Origin: Asterionella formosa
Taxonomy: Eukaryota
Assembly: GCA_002256025.1 (NCBI GenBank)
Contig: NKIB01013171.1
Span: 1-63,194, forward strand
Length of the DNA stretch: 63,194 nucleotides
Direction: 5' to 3'
This document shows positions 1 through 11,795 of this stretch, piece after piece (position 1 is the first letter of the stretch; every line of letters starts with the position of its first letter). The notes beneath the pieces are model-generated. The model saw nothing but the letters and a program-made list of their open reading frames with translations, was not told the DNA's origin and ran no database searches. A program made the position numbers and the translations under genes.

Positions 1-1372
1 CTAATGAGACATGAAAATTACGAAACCAGAATCACTCTGTTACTATAAATAGACGGCACAGTCTAATGCTTCTTTGTGCATATCGCCTGCTATGCTGCGT
101 TTCAATTGTAGATGTATTACGTTCTTGTTAGAGAGACGATGTTACAGAGAAGTAGATTGTGCTGTTCTATAATGGATGTTCTTGTTAACTAGCTAGTATG
201 ATTGAGGTTGTAACACTGACCGATGCTCTGGTGACAAACCGGAAATATTCGTCTTGTGTGATGAACCATTTCGTTTTCATTGGATTTCTTTTCAAGCTCT
301 TAACGGATTGCATAGTACGAACATACTGTGCAATGTAGATGATGATTCATCGAAGACATATGATGACTTGAACGACAAATGAAGATTTTATCACAAAATC
401 TCGTTCCTCTCGACATGGCTGCTTTGTCGTTGTTGCAAGAATCAGAGTGAGGACTGGAGAGGATGATGAGCCAAACCACATTACTTTCACTGGTACATTC
501 TCGTCCTACCAAGAAATTTAAATAAAGGAACCTAAAAGAAACAATACATATAATAATTGAATTTCCATAGTCAAAAGGGTTACTATTTAAATTACGAGGG
601 CATTTATCACAATTATTAGATGATACAACGAAAAATTATGATCAGATGATCATAATCCTATGATGCATCATGGAATTATGATAGTTTTTATTTGCAGACG
701 TGGTCATACTTCATTGGTGATGTCAGAGTTGATGTTGCAGCAGCACTCAAATAGTATTGGTTGGTGTCAATGATGATGTCAGAAGTCGAAGATGTGTTGT
801 TGCTGTTGGAAGTCGAAGATTTGTTCTTGTTGCTGTCAAAGATGTTGTTGCTGCTGGTGTTGGAAATCGAAGATGGATTTTTTCTTGGACTATTATTGGG
901 CATAATATTCCGGTAATATGATATACAGTGCCTGGTACACACGATTGCACCATGAATATAGTAATATATAATTTAACCTCATTTGCTAGAATGGTACCTG
1001 GTAGGCAGACGGTGTACCGGTAGCGATTCCTCGTGCTGCCAGCCCTGATGTTCATGTACTTGTGTACTTACCGGTACTTAGTATTTTAGGTACCAGGTAG
1101 TACCGGTTTACACGTACATGCCGGTTCTATTCAGGGAGTCCTGACAATGGTGCATGCGCATCAGGGAAATAACAATACAGGGAGGCAGGCAGGCAGGCAG
1201 GCGGTACCAGGTACCTCCAGGTACTCACCCATGTGAAAATGGTAAAAAAATTCTGTCAACAATTACACAGTGCAGTTAAGCACTCATTGCCAATCCAAAA
1301 GTCAATCCATTCGGCTCCTTTTGATTCTGCGACGGCATTCTAGTGACAAAATAATAACCGAACAAGCTCGTC

Positions 1373-2299
1373 ATGTGGCCATTCGTTATTCTGTTCTCTT
1401 TTACTCTCCTCCCTGTCGCCACACCCTTGACGTTTTGGAGCTCACCTCCAAAGGCAACAATTCCTAACAATTGCAAGTTGCTGATATTGCCGGGATTCGG
1501 AAATGATTCCATGGATTACACAATGCCAAACTCATTGGTGGAATCCCTGATGAAGCGAGGTTGGCAAACCGATCAGATCTCTGTCTTGCCGGTCAAGCGA
1601 TTGGACTGGCTCAACGTTTTTCTGAAAGGAGCACTGGATATTGATTTTTGGAGATCGAACGCTCCTCCCACCAAACCAGCCTTTTCGTGGTATCTGGAGA
1701 AAATTGCTGCAGAAATAGAATTAATAGGAGAGGACGAACGGATCATCTTACTAGGGCATTCTGCAGGTGGGTGGTTGGGTCGAGCCGCTTTGGGCTTTGG
1801 GTCTACCGACGAAAGGGCGCCACAAGTCAATATCGACAAGGTCCTGGGAATCGTCACTCTTGGAGCGCCGAACCAACCACCTCCTCCAGATATAATGGAT
1901 ATGACAAGAGGAGCTTTGAGAATTACTAACGAAAAATTCCCGGGAAGCTATCATGCACCGAATACTTTTTATGTGACTGTCATAGGGAAAGCAGTGAAGG
2001 GGAGAAAGCAGACGCGAGAGGAACGAACGTCTCTCTCTGGATTTGCATTCAACAGCTACAAAGCCGTATGTGGTAATGGAACTACTGTTGGAGATGGTGT
2101 TGTGCCTCTTTGCAGTGGACATGTTCCAGATGCGATTCAACTAACACTAGATGGTGTCTTACATTCGATAAACGCACCGGAAAATTGGTACGGAAGTGAT
2201 AGCATCCTTGATCAATGGCACGAAACGATGCTGGCTGAGGTTGAACGAATGCAGGCACCTGTAATGGGGATCTTTCAGTTAAATCGTATCTTTCAATAA
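1373..2299 (+). CDS. Alpha/beta-hydrolase (PGAP1-like lipase/esterase), N-terminal signal peptide
   Basis: 308-aa single-exon ORF; LILPGFG oxyanion motif, GHSAGG nucleophile elbow, VTLGAP, GDGVVP and a downstream His (GVLH); hydrophobic N-terminus. Confidence 0.85.
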   Translation: MWPFVILFSFTLLPVATPLTFWSSPPKATIPNNCKLLILPGFGNDSMDYTMPNSLVESLMKRGWQTDQISVLPVKRLDWLNVFLKGALDIDFWRSNAPPTKPAFSWYLEKIAAEIELIGEDERIILLGHSAGGWLGRAALGFGSTDERAPQVNIDKVLGIVTLGAPNQPPPPDIMDMTRGALRITNEKFPGSYHAPNTFYVTVIGKAVKGRKQTREERTSLSGFAFNSYKAVCGNGTTVGDGVVPLCSGHVPDAIQLTLDGVLHSINAPENWYGSDSILDQWHETMLAEVERMQAPVMGIFQLNRIFQ

Positions 2300-2418
2300 T
2301 TAATGTTCCATAAGTTACTTCAGGTAACCATAATACTTCCTTTGTTCGAATCATAAAGGATGAACTCCATTCCGAGAAATTGGAACTCATCATGCTAAAT
2401 TGGAACTATATAGCTTAA

Positions 2419-5400
2419 TTAGAACCAATCTTCTGTGTTAGATTGTATTGTCCTTCTCACTCTCGTTGGTCGCCCACTCGAAACGGAAGCAGCCTCGGTG
2501 TAAAAATCTGAAGGAGTGCTTCGTCTTGTGCTCTGGGTCAGTTTGTTTGCATCAATGTAGGATTGGCAGTTTCGACATAACAAATCCAAAGCAAGGGCAA
2601 GGAATCCAGTCGTTGTGGAATTCTCAACTATCTCATAAAATATTGCCCTGGTTTCGCTTGAGTTCCATAAACCATTAATATTCTTGTCAATGGACTCTAA
2701 CTCAATGTCAACGCGCTTTGCGGGATCTGCCAACATCGCTTTGGCTGAATTCGAGTAATCAGCTACGATTTCATCCGAACTACCACCAGTCAGCTCAAAG
2801 AAAGCATGCTCCAAAGTCAGTAAACCCACGCGCACTGTTCTGAAATCGTAGCAAAAGTCCCTCATTGAGGTGATCCAAGCATTTCGGGCGCCATTCTTAC
2901 CACCCCAACTATTGTCATACGATCTACTTTTCAGGAGTTGATAGAGGTCCTGCTCGCGTTTCACCATCGCTCGCCCTAGGAAAGCTGGTGTTGCCGCGAA
3001 TGCAGCTTCGGCAGCTCGACCACTGTGGCGACCCATAGAGTTGCGATAGCCAAGGAAAGATGCGTCGTGTTCAAAATAGTTCTTGTCTGAAGTATTCCAT
3101 TTGATGAAACGACAAAGACTGCCCAGCAGTTCCTCCTCTCGCAGCCAAGCCTCACCATTACTTCCCCCTAAGACGACTCTCCAAACAGGGAACTGCACCC
3201 TCACTGTATGTATAGAATGTTCATTTTCACTTCCAATGACTTCACTACCACTTCCTTGCGTTCCTTGTTCCTCAGATTCAAATTTCCATCCAGTAACGAT
3301 ACCATTGCTATATACCGCAATCGGGGCGTCCTTCGATTCATCGATAATCGCTCGAGTGCGCACTTTCCTAGCTAGTCCCGACGAGATTCCTTCTAAGAGT
3401 TCTAGAGAAATCAAGGAGTCTCCACACCAAGACTTTTGTTTGGCAGCAGAGAAAACTGCCTCGTCACCCTTGGTCATGACGGTCTCCTCGTGATGATTTC
3501 CATTCTCAGTAATAGCTGTGACATTCATCTTTGTGGAATCTGTTCCTAATGACACAAACCCAGATTCTTCGATCGTTTCTTTCAATTTAGATTTCAGTTC
3601 TTGCTCCCTAATACCGCGACCATCAAGATCTTTCATCAAAGATTTCAACGCTTTCTCGCTGGCATGACACCCCCAGTGTCGTTTCGCTAGAGTCGCTGAG
3701 AAACCACTGGGGTGATACTCTTGACGGATAAATCGAAGAAATTTGTCGTCGTTGCTGCCTTCAAGGTCCAATAAGTCTTCTTCCTTTTCTTCAGCGCCAA
3801 TCATGACGTCCTCAGGATTTTTCAGGAGATTGACGAACCGAGCTGAATTATTAGGATCTGATGTGGACCCAGATTTGAGCAAAAAATCGGCTTCAGTCCA
3901 AACCCGACCGGCAGTGTCGTTGTCAAAATGCCAGTAACAGTTTCGGAACCTGTCACGTCCAATTGGTTCTGTTCTAATGAAACATCGATTTCGTTTTGCA
4001 ACCAAATCTTTCTGGGCCTCGATCACTCGTTTTCTACTTTCCGCGGTTTTCAGTTCCAATGCAGCATCACGTAAGAGATCTAAAGCCCAGATTCCCTCCG
4101 TTTCTTCATCCGTTCCGGTGAGCTTAGCGTTCTTAGCCGCTCTGATGGCCGTCCTGAGTGTCTTGATAGTACCATCTTCAATCGATTCTTTTAACATTGC
4201 GATCGCGCTCTCACGAACCAAAGGAAGAGCATCGGCTGAATCCTTGATCATCTGGATATCCTTCCTCAATCTGTCGATACGCCGCGATGTCTCTCGACCA
4301 ACATCGTAGAGGTCAACGCCATCAAACGAAGATAATTGCTCTTCCATAGATTCTAGTTCTTGCCTGTCAAGATCCTCAAGTTCCTCCATGGACACTACTT
4401 TTACCGCGTGAGTGTTGAATGCGGATTCTTCTTGCATTTGTTTTACCCTGTTGTTGACCTCAGTCTTATTGTAGCTCTGAGGTCCAGGCAGAGCATCGAA
4501 TTCGGCTTTGATATCTTCGTCAAACTCGCGAATGTCCTCCTCCGTTAGACTGTCAACAAATTCATCCGTATATTCTGCGGATCGTCGGGTCAGTTTTCTA
4601 ATTTCTTCTCGCTTCTCTCCGACGAATTTCAGTACTGCTTCCTCGTAAAGTTTCTCCCGGGCAGCCGTTTCAGCGGCAGCTTTCTCTTCTTTTTCCTCGC
4701 GCTTCGCACGCCTTTCCTCGGTATCCAAAGCTTTCACTGCGCTAACACTTTGATTGTAATTGCTTTCCACCACCTGGTAAACATTTCCGGAGTCGTAAGC
4801 TGTCTCGACCAGCAACTTTAGAACACATAACCGTTCCAGGGATGACAGCTCAAGGTATTGGCCCCCGTTGCATAGAAATTTTGCAGCTTCTTCAACTGGA
4901 TTTTTCCCCTCGACATCAACGGTGCACTCAGACAAAACTCGCGTCACGGTCATCGCTTCCCGTTTCCGTCTCTCGCCCATTGTCAAAGCAGGAAGCTCCT
5001 TGTTTTGTCGCAATATGTCATCAACTTCATTTCGCGTTCGCTTGTATCGATGAACAACACGACAAACCGATGCTCCAGCAAGATGCGGCCAAGTCATGGC
5101 GCTAACAAGGTCGGTGGAGGCCCCTGGCTTGCTTGGAGGAAGTAATAGATCAACAAGAGTTGGTGCAGGCTTAGCAGGAAGGGACGACCTCACAGTGTCG
5201 CTGCTGTCATCCACAGCAGCGTTCTGTTGTTCTGATGGGTGTGTTTCTTCATCCTCGTCGTCAGAATCGTCGTCGTCGTCGTCATCGTCAGAATCGTCGT
5301 CGTCTTCAAGTGTCACTTCGTCAGCAGCATCTATCTGGTCCATGAGTTTTTCAACTTCTTCGGCGACTTTCGCACGCTGTGCATAGACATTTTCTCTTGT

Positions 5401-7289
5401 GATATTTCTTCCCCACAAGTCTGGACGTGCTTCTTTCATTCGATCCGTTAACCAGATAACGGAGCGCTTTGTAAAACCAGCTGAGTTGCGCTGCCATTTA
5501 CTCAACGACTTTTTGAGATATACTTTCACCCAGTCGTTGGCAACGACTGAAAGTGCACTCTTCACTGCTTGCTTGATTTCCCTTCCTTTGTTTGTTCTGT
5601 GGTTTCTGACCTCGTCCAATGCCTGCATCCAACTTGCTGTTATGAGAGGATCTTCTTCAAAGGCTAGTAGAGCCGCAAAGTCTATTTTGATCAAAGGTAC
5701 GGTACTGTCCATTGAACCAGCACCAGAGGGTTCGATGTCATCACCTTCACCGTTCAACTCATCGGCTTCCAAGATGCTCCACCACCAATCGTCACTTGAT
5801 GGATCTTGAAGCACCAGTTTGAGTAGACCCAAGTGAGCTTCGGCAAGATATACAGGAGGCTGTGGGGTTGCAGGGTTGAGACCGTCCCCTTCCATTTCTG
5901 CTTCTACTGGCCTGTATGTTAGGGCAGCCACAAAATCATCCAATTGTATCGGGTTGAGATTTAAGGCTCGATTGAAAGTACACAAAAAATCCCACACCAT
6001 GATGACATCAGGTATGCAATACTCCGGGAGTCCGGGAAAACCATCGATATCAGGCAGCCTGGCTGCTGGGCAAGTCAATGGAGTAACAGCTGGAGTGCTA
6101 GAAGCCTTCTTGTTGTCCCCATGTAACAGCACCAAAATATCATCGTCCACGGGATATTTCGCCTCATTCTGTTCATTTCGGAAGTCATCTAATGCCTTAG
6201 TTGCCCTCAGGTGAGCCTTTCTAAGCTTTTCTAGTTCCTTTCGTATCCTTTTCTTCTCTGCGTCAGCCTCACGGGAGGTCACCGGAAGTTTTTTCGACGA
6301 GGGCTTTGAGTTCACGGAATAAGTGCCAAGATTTAGATATCGTACTACATCTTTCAGCGAACGTATGCGACGACCATCCGCAGTGTGATAGCAGACATCA
6401 AATCGACCATCACTTCGTTTTGTAGCTTTTGCCGTGAACCCGACCACTAAGTTGGCTTTACCTGCCAGGACAGCAACGTTGAGCAATAATCATGTTGCAT
6501 CGCAGGATATCGATTCAAGTTCATTCTTACCTCCGTGAAGCTTGACAAACTCTCTCAAATCTTCAATTGCGGTAGCCTCTCTTTCTTCTACAGACATTTC
6601 TTGTGTGGTCTTTGACTTGCTATCAGCCTGTTTGGAATTCATTGAAGCCCTCTTGTTGGATGTGCCACCGCTTTGATCAGCATGTTTTCGCTTATTTGGC
6701 TCGGTTTTGTTGTCCTCAGAAGGCACATGGGTGCCTATCTCAGCAGCGATTGATGCGTCAAGCTTCTCCAACATCTCTTTGACAAGCTTTCGATGTTCTT
6801 TGGCGGTCTCAGCATACTTGGTCTTCCTAAACGAAATGGCGATGTGTTAGATGGGAAGGCGAGAGAATCAAAGGACCCAAGCAATTCGATTTCCAATAAG
6901 GAACTATGCATGGAACTTTCTAGCAAGCGCCTAAAATCAGCGCCTTGGCATCCGCCGTTTCTCGAGGACGTGCCGACGGAGCTACATTGATAACATATTG
7001 TCAACCCCGTGATGTTGATTACGTACCACTCAATGTGTCGGTTGTAAACACCTCCAATATCTTGGGCGAACTTCGCCCATCCACTTCTACCAAGCTTGTA
7101 GCAGCCTTCTCCCAAATATTCACCGAGTGTGGCCAGATCAAATACATTTCCTTGGGAGGAAAAGCGCGACGACTCCTGAAAGGGCTCTGACTTTGGCAAC
7201 TCCCAAGCTTTTGCTAGAATCTTTGTCATTTTCTTCAGCTGCTTTCGTCGCTTGACATCTTTCTCGTCTTCAACGTGATGGTCGGCCAT
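2419..7289 (-). CDS. BAZ2/MBD9-like chromatin factor: bromodomain-like N-terminus, MBD, DDT, WHIM1, WHIM2/3 (WSD); about 1533 aa, 3 exons
   Basis: Exons 7289-7027, 6826-6531 and 6461-2419 join in frame through GT-AG introns 7026-6827 and 6530-6462. MBD-like FDVCYHTADGRRIRSLKDVVRYL; DDT VIMVWDFLCTFNRALNLNPIQLDDFVAAL; WHIM1 YLELSSLERLCVLKLLVE; WHIM2 EPIGRDRFRNCYW; WHIM3 LDGRGIREQELK. Confidence 0.85.
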
Positions 7290-8675
7290 GATGTGCAGGC
7301 AAGAGCCAGAAAGGCAGGCGAGACAAGCACGAGAGCTATAATACAGTCGATCAATGCAAACATTCAAATAGTTTGCGCTAGTAAAAATCGGTTCAAAGGC
7401 CATTTCGCGTGGGGTTTGTACCAAGGCCTACGCACCTGAAAGTCCTCAAAAGTGACGCTAGTATACATGTACAAAAATTCCCGGCAAATTCAATACTACT
7501 AGAAGTTATGAGCTGTATGATGATCCAGTTTCTCAACATGAAATCTTTGGATGTCGACATAGTGTCATTATGGGTCGCATTGTGCCGCGGAGCAAGATGG
7601 CATCACATGGATTAGTTTAAGCCAATTCCAAGATGAAGGAGAACTTTGCTCCTTCAATGTACAGATCCACAAGAGTGGTCAACCTCTATTTAGGCAAACA
7701 CGAAGTTGATTGTGGGCTGAAAATATTGCGAAAATACCAAAAGTGTATCAAGCGAGATCATGCCTTCCAAATAACGTCCCAATTCCAAGCTTGAAAGAGA
7801 AAATAAAAAGACGTTTGGGTCCCGGAAGGCCACCTCACAACATTCGTGACAAAGTAAGCACATACTCATTCAGCATTGATTCGAACAACTCCCAGAGTTT
7901 TAGGGAGGCCAGCTTCTCGTCGATGGCTAGCAAACTTCAACATTGAAAAAACAGCGTTTGCAGGAACAACAGAGATAGGAATCGTTGACGATGAAGTCAA
8001 GATTCAAACGGCAAAGCACAGAACACAGTTTTGACCTTCGCTCGTCTCGACCAAGGAAACAAAAATAACTTTTAATCTTGGGCTTTCCTGACGTCCGATT
8101 CCATAGAAAATCGGCACCACAGTGTCCTTTGGAGGGGAAAGGTACAGAAACGCGAAATAACTCGTCAGCTCGTAAGTGCCCTCAAGTATGAAACAAGCGC
8201 ATGTTAGTGCCAAAACGGCCTTCCAAACGGACTGTAGATGATGGCAGCATCGACATCGTTGAGTTACAAACACAAAACGCCGATAAACTTCAAGTGATTT
8301 ATAAGGGTCACACTAAATGGCGTTGGCGAAAAGCATTTGCAAGTTGCAGAATGACAGTTTCTCGTCAACTTAGCAAAGCGATAACCTTCCATACATAAGC
8401 AGCTTTGAAACGAACAAGCCGGTAGATTGATTCATTTCTGTGAACCCCAAAAAGGTTGGAGATACAGCCTGATCAACCCTGGCGAACTTCATCTGTTGAG
8501 GTTTCCTGGCGACTATGGAGCGATTGATCGCACAACATTGTAGCCATGCACCTGAAAATGGAGGAAGTACCATGTCTTCCATGTGCTTGCTTCTTCTCTA
8601 AGAAATATAGAACGAACTCGATTCCTGTTAGACAGAAAAAGACACTAGATGACCTGACGGCCATCTCCATCCTGA

Positions 8676-8770
8676 GGGGGGGGGGGGGGCCCCCCGGGGG
8701 CCGGTTGGGGGTTTGAGCGGGGGGGGCTGTGATGGTTGCGANNNNNNNNNNCCCCCCTCCCCCCCCCCCC

Positions 8771-8806
<36 letters not shown>

Positions 8807-8822
8807 ACCCCCCCCCCCCCCA
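8676..8822. other. Assembly gap (N run) flanked by poly-G/poly-C low-quality sequence
   Basis: Ns at about 8742-8751 with long G and C homopolymers on either side; the Gly/Pro-rich ORFs here are artefacts. Confidence 0.9.
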
Positions 8823-9774
8823 ACACGGCACTACTCCTCGTTGCTCAACCTAGACCGAGAAAACCATGTATTCTTTGCTTGCTCGCAGAGAATGGTTTTG
8901 AAAGTCGCCCATGACGGAAGCTAACTCAATAGAAATCCGATACTGGAATCAAGCAGTGCTTTCGATGGCGACATCCGAACAAGTAGATCGCGGTCAACGG
9001 AAACTCGTTCTCTCATCCCTGCGCAGTCGCTTGTTCTACCATTAGCGTAGGATGGATCATAACTCTCTGTGTTGGACTAACCCAGCGAGAATCGGAAACG
9101 ACGGAAGTCTCTACCGTCCATACGAGAACATAATGATAACACAACAAGCACGACGCGTCGCGTCGCCAGAGAGTGGCATATTTCAAGGATACCAAGCACC
9201 TGTAGAAACGAAGGCAGAGCATCTGACGACATTTCCCTTTAAGTGTGCCGGGTTTTCATTTCCCTCTCACAAAAATCATCCAGCTATAGGCATCTTTTCC
9301 ATTCGCCTTGTAGATGAGGCTGAAAGGGGGACGAGACAAGAGGAACGCCATGGTGACCGCTGACTGGTTGAAAGAATATGATTCCTCCGTTTTGTGATGA
9401 AGTACCGGTACATGTGCATGAATCGATTGTGAATGCTCCATCGGTGCCAGCAGGCAGACAGACAGACACGAAGTGGAACCTGTTCTTTTGATCGCCCTGC
9501 CGTTCGAAATCGTTCTTGCGCATGATTTGAGGTACGAAATGATCCATGGCAACAAAAAGGACGTACGATCGTACCGGTATTCCATAGTCCACTGGGTGCC
9601 ATCCATTGCATCTTCGCGTGGCTGGCTAGCATACCGTTACCCAATTCCGGATATACGTGCCAGCCAAACCAAATGCAACGTACAGATTCTTCGAGAGGGC
9701 GGTGGAAAGCAAGGCGGGGGGATACGTACCGGCACCAGGTAGTAGCACCCGGAGTTCGTCGCACAGGGCAATGA

Positions 9775-10135
9775 TCTTGGTACCAGGTACCAGGTTCCAG
9801 TAACTGATACCAGGTGAACAGGTAATGCTAGGTACTCTCTCCCAGGAGCGAGTCATCGTCGTACCTAGCAAGTTGCGGTCATTTCGCTTAAATAAACAAT
9901 TTAAAATAGGATAAAGTAAGCTAAGCATATTTTTAGTTTCAGCAAAATGACCGCAACTTGCAGGTACCAGGTACCTGGTTACCAGGTACTCCCCAGGAGT
10001 GAATAATGATACATAGGGTACCAGGTACCAGTACAAAGGTACCTGGTGTCCTGTTACTACCAGGTCCGGTGAATAGGGGCACATCAAAAATACTCATCAG
10101 TGCATAATACACTTCGGTAAATACCGGTACCTTTG
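9775..10135. repeat. Cluster of TACC(A/T)GG / TACCGG palindromic micro-repeats upstream of AP-4 mu
   Basis: Many GGTACCAGG/CCTGGTACC units, including the perfect palindrome ACCAGGTACCTGGT at 9966-9979. Confidence 0.85.
9864..9964. mobile_element. Mini-MITE, family A (about 100 bp, ~24-bp TIR, TA-flanked)
   Basis: Left end CCTAGCAAGTTGCGGTCATTTCGCT, right end AGCAAAATGACCGCAACTTGCAGG; TA on both sides; homologous copy with similar interior at 42606-42699. Confidence 0.75.
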
Positions 10136-10271
10136 CTCCTTGCTGCCTATAGTACGGTCATTGGCGGTGGCGCTCCTCGCGAGGGACCTTCTCTTCTTGT
10201 CTCCTTAGATCTTCGACACCTACCGGTAGTTCGATTAAAGTAGCTGTACTAGATACGCATGCTATCAAACG

Positions 10272-11795
10272 ATGATCTCCAACTTCTTTGTTATCTCCCC
10301 TCGTGGAGACACCATAATTGCCAAGCAGTACAGAAATGAGCGACAAGGAGATGTAGAAGCGCACGAACGAGCACATACGGAAGCCTTCTTTCGCAAAATC
10401 AAGTTTTGGTCCGACGACAAGACCAAGGACGAAGATTTACCGGAAAAGGATGCGGAAACGAGGCGTAAAGTAGATGCTCCGCCCATTTTTGTCATGCCGG
10501 ATGGGCTTTCGTATTTCCATGTGAAGCGTAATGGTTTGATCTTTGGTTGTTCGTCGGCAAGAAACGTTAGTCCCACTAGTGTTATTGAGGTATGTACAGA
10601 GTCCTTCCATGTCTATCTGGGTATTCTAATTAAGGTTTGGAATATAATATATGTTTTGTTTTTATCGTATTCCAACGTCATCACTTTCTTCCTTTTCCTT
10701 CAGCTCCTTTCAACAATAGCCAAAGTGTTCAAGGATTATTGTGGCACACTCTCAGAAGAAGCCATTCGGAAGAACTTCATATTGCTGTATGAACTCTTAG
10801 ATGAAATGCTCGACTATGGATATCCACAAGTCACGCAAACGGAAAATCTCAAAGCCTTCATTTACAATGAACCTATTGTAGTTGAACACGTGACCAACAC
10901 AGGCAACATGGTCAACCCTAAGACAGCATCAGCCAATGCAGTTCACAAGCCAGTCATATCATCTGTTAATACCAGTGGACGCAAGACGTCTCTCAGCACC
11001 AACCAAAAGAATGAAATCTTTGTTGACATTCTTGAGCGACTCAATATTGTGTTTTCCAGCAATGGGTACATTCTCAATAGTACGATTGATGGATGTATTC
11101 AAATGAAGTCTTACCTCGCTGGAAACCCTGAACTAAGACTCGCGTTGAATGAGGATTTGGTCGTTGGACGCAATAATAAAACCTATGGAAGTGTCGTTGT
11201 CGATGACATCAATTTCAATGATTGCGTCAATCTTAATGAATTCGAGTCATCTCGTACCTTGAGCTTCATCCCCCCTGATGGTGAATTTGTGGTTTTGAAC
11301 TACCGAATGACAGGAGAGTTTCGAACTCCGTTCCGGATCTTTCCTTCCATTGAAGAAGTCGACAACAAGAAATTGGAAATTACTGTCTTGATTAGAGCAG
11401 AGATCCCCAGTAATCATTTCGGAGCCAATGTCACCGTGGAAATTCCCGTCCCGAGATGCACAGTTGCTGCTACTTGCACTGTCATGACCGCGCCGGGGGC
11501 TGGACTGACTTCGGCAGAGTTTGTCCAGAAAGATGGAAAGATTTTTTGGACCATGAAAAAGTTCCCAGGGGGCTCCGAAATGACAATGAAGGCCAAGGTA
11601 CTTTTGAGCCAATCCTGTACGACGCAGGTTCGACGAGAGATAGGACCAATCAATATGAACTTTGAGATTCCAATGTACAATGTGAGTACACTTCAAGTCC
11701 GCTACCTTCGAATTGCAGAGAACATGCCAGGGTACACGCCATATCGCTGGGTTCGATACGTCACACAGTCCTCCTCTTACGTCTGTCGGTTGTAG
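10272..11795 (+). CDS. AP4M1: AP-4 adaptor complex medium (mu) subunit; 469 aa after splicing
   Basis: MISNFFVISPRGDTII start, EEAIRKNFILLYELLDEMLDYGYPQ, KNEIFVDILE, FIPPDGEF, PYRWVRYVTQSSSYVCRL C-terminus typical of mu4; one intron 10590-10703 (GTATGT...TTCAG). Confidence 0.9.
   Translation: MISNFFVISPRGDTIIAKQYRNERQGDVEAHERAHTEAFFRKIKFWSDDKTKDEDLPEKDAETRRKVDAPPIFVMPDGLSYFHVKRNGLIFGCSSARNVSPTSVIEVCTESFHVYLGILIKVWNIIYVLFLSYSNVITFFLFLQLLSTIAKVFKDYCGTLSEEAIRKNFILLYELLDEMLDYGYPQVTQTENLKAFIYNEPIVVEHVTNTGNMVNPKTASANAVHKPVISSVNTSGRKTSLSTNQKNEIFVDILERLNIVFSSNGYILNSTIDGCIQMKSYLAGNPELRLALNEDLVVGRNNKTYGSVVVDDINFNDCVNLNEFESSRTLSFIPPDGEFVVLNYRMTGEFRTPFRIFPSIEEVDNKKLEITVLIRAEIPSNHFGANVTVEIPVPRCTVAATCTVMTAPGAGLTSAEFVQKDGKIFWTMKKFPGGSEMTMKAKVLLSQSCTTQVRREIGPINMNFEIPMYNVSTLQVRYLRIAENMPGYTPYRWVRYVTQSSSYVCRL

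Noticed and set aside
3083..6214. Antisense ORFs over the chromatin-factor gene (and similar ones over other CDS)
   Set aside because: Shadow frames of real coding sequence with no independent motifs.
8473..8924. Poly-Gly / poly-Pro ORFs
   Set aside because: They derive from homopolymer runs beside an N gap; assembly artefact.
7500..9700. Gene-like GC content with short ORFs on both strands
   Set aside because: No recognisable motif and no in-frame splice model could be built; the gap interrupts it. Unresolved, may be UTR, lncRNA or a broken gene.
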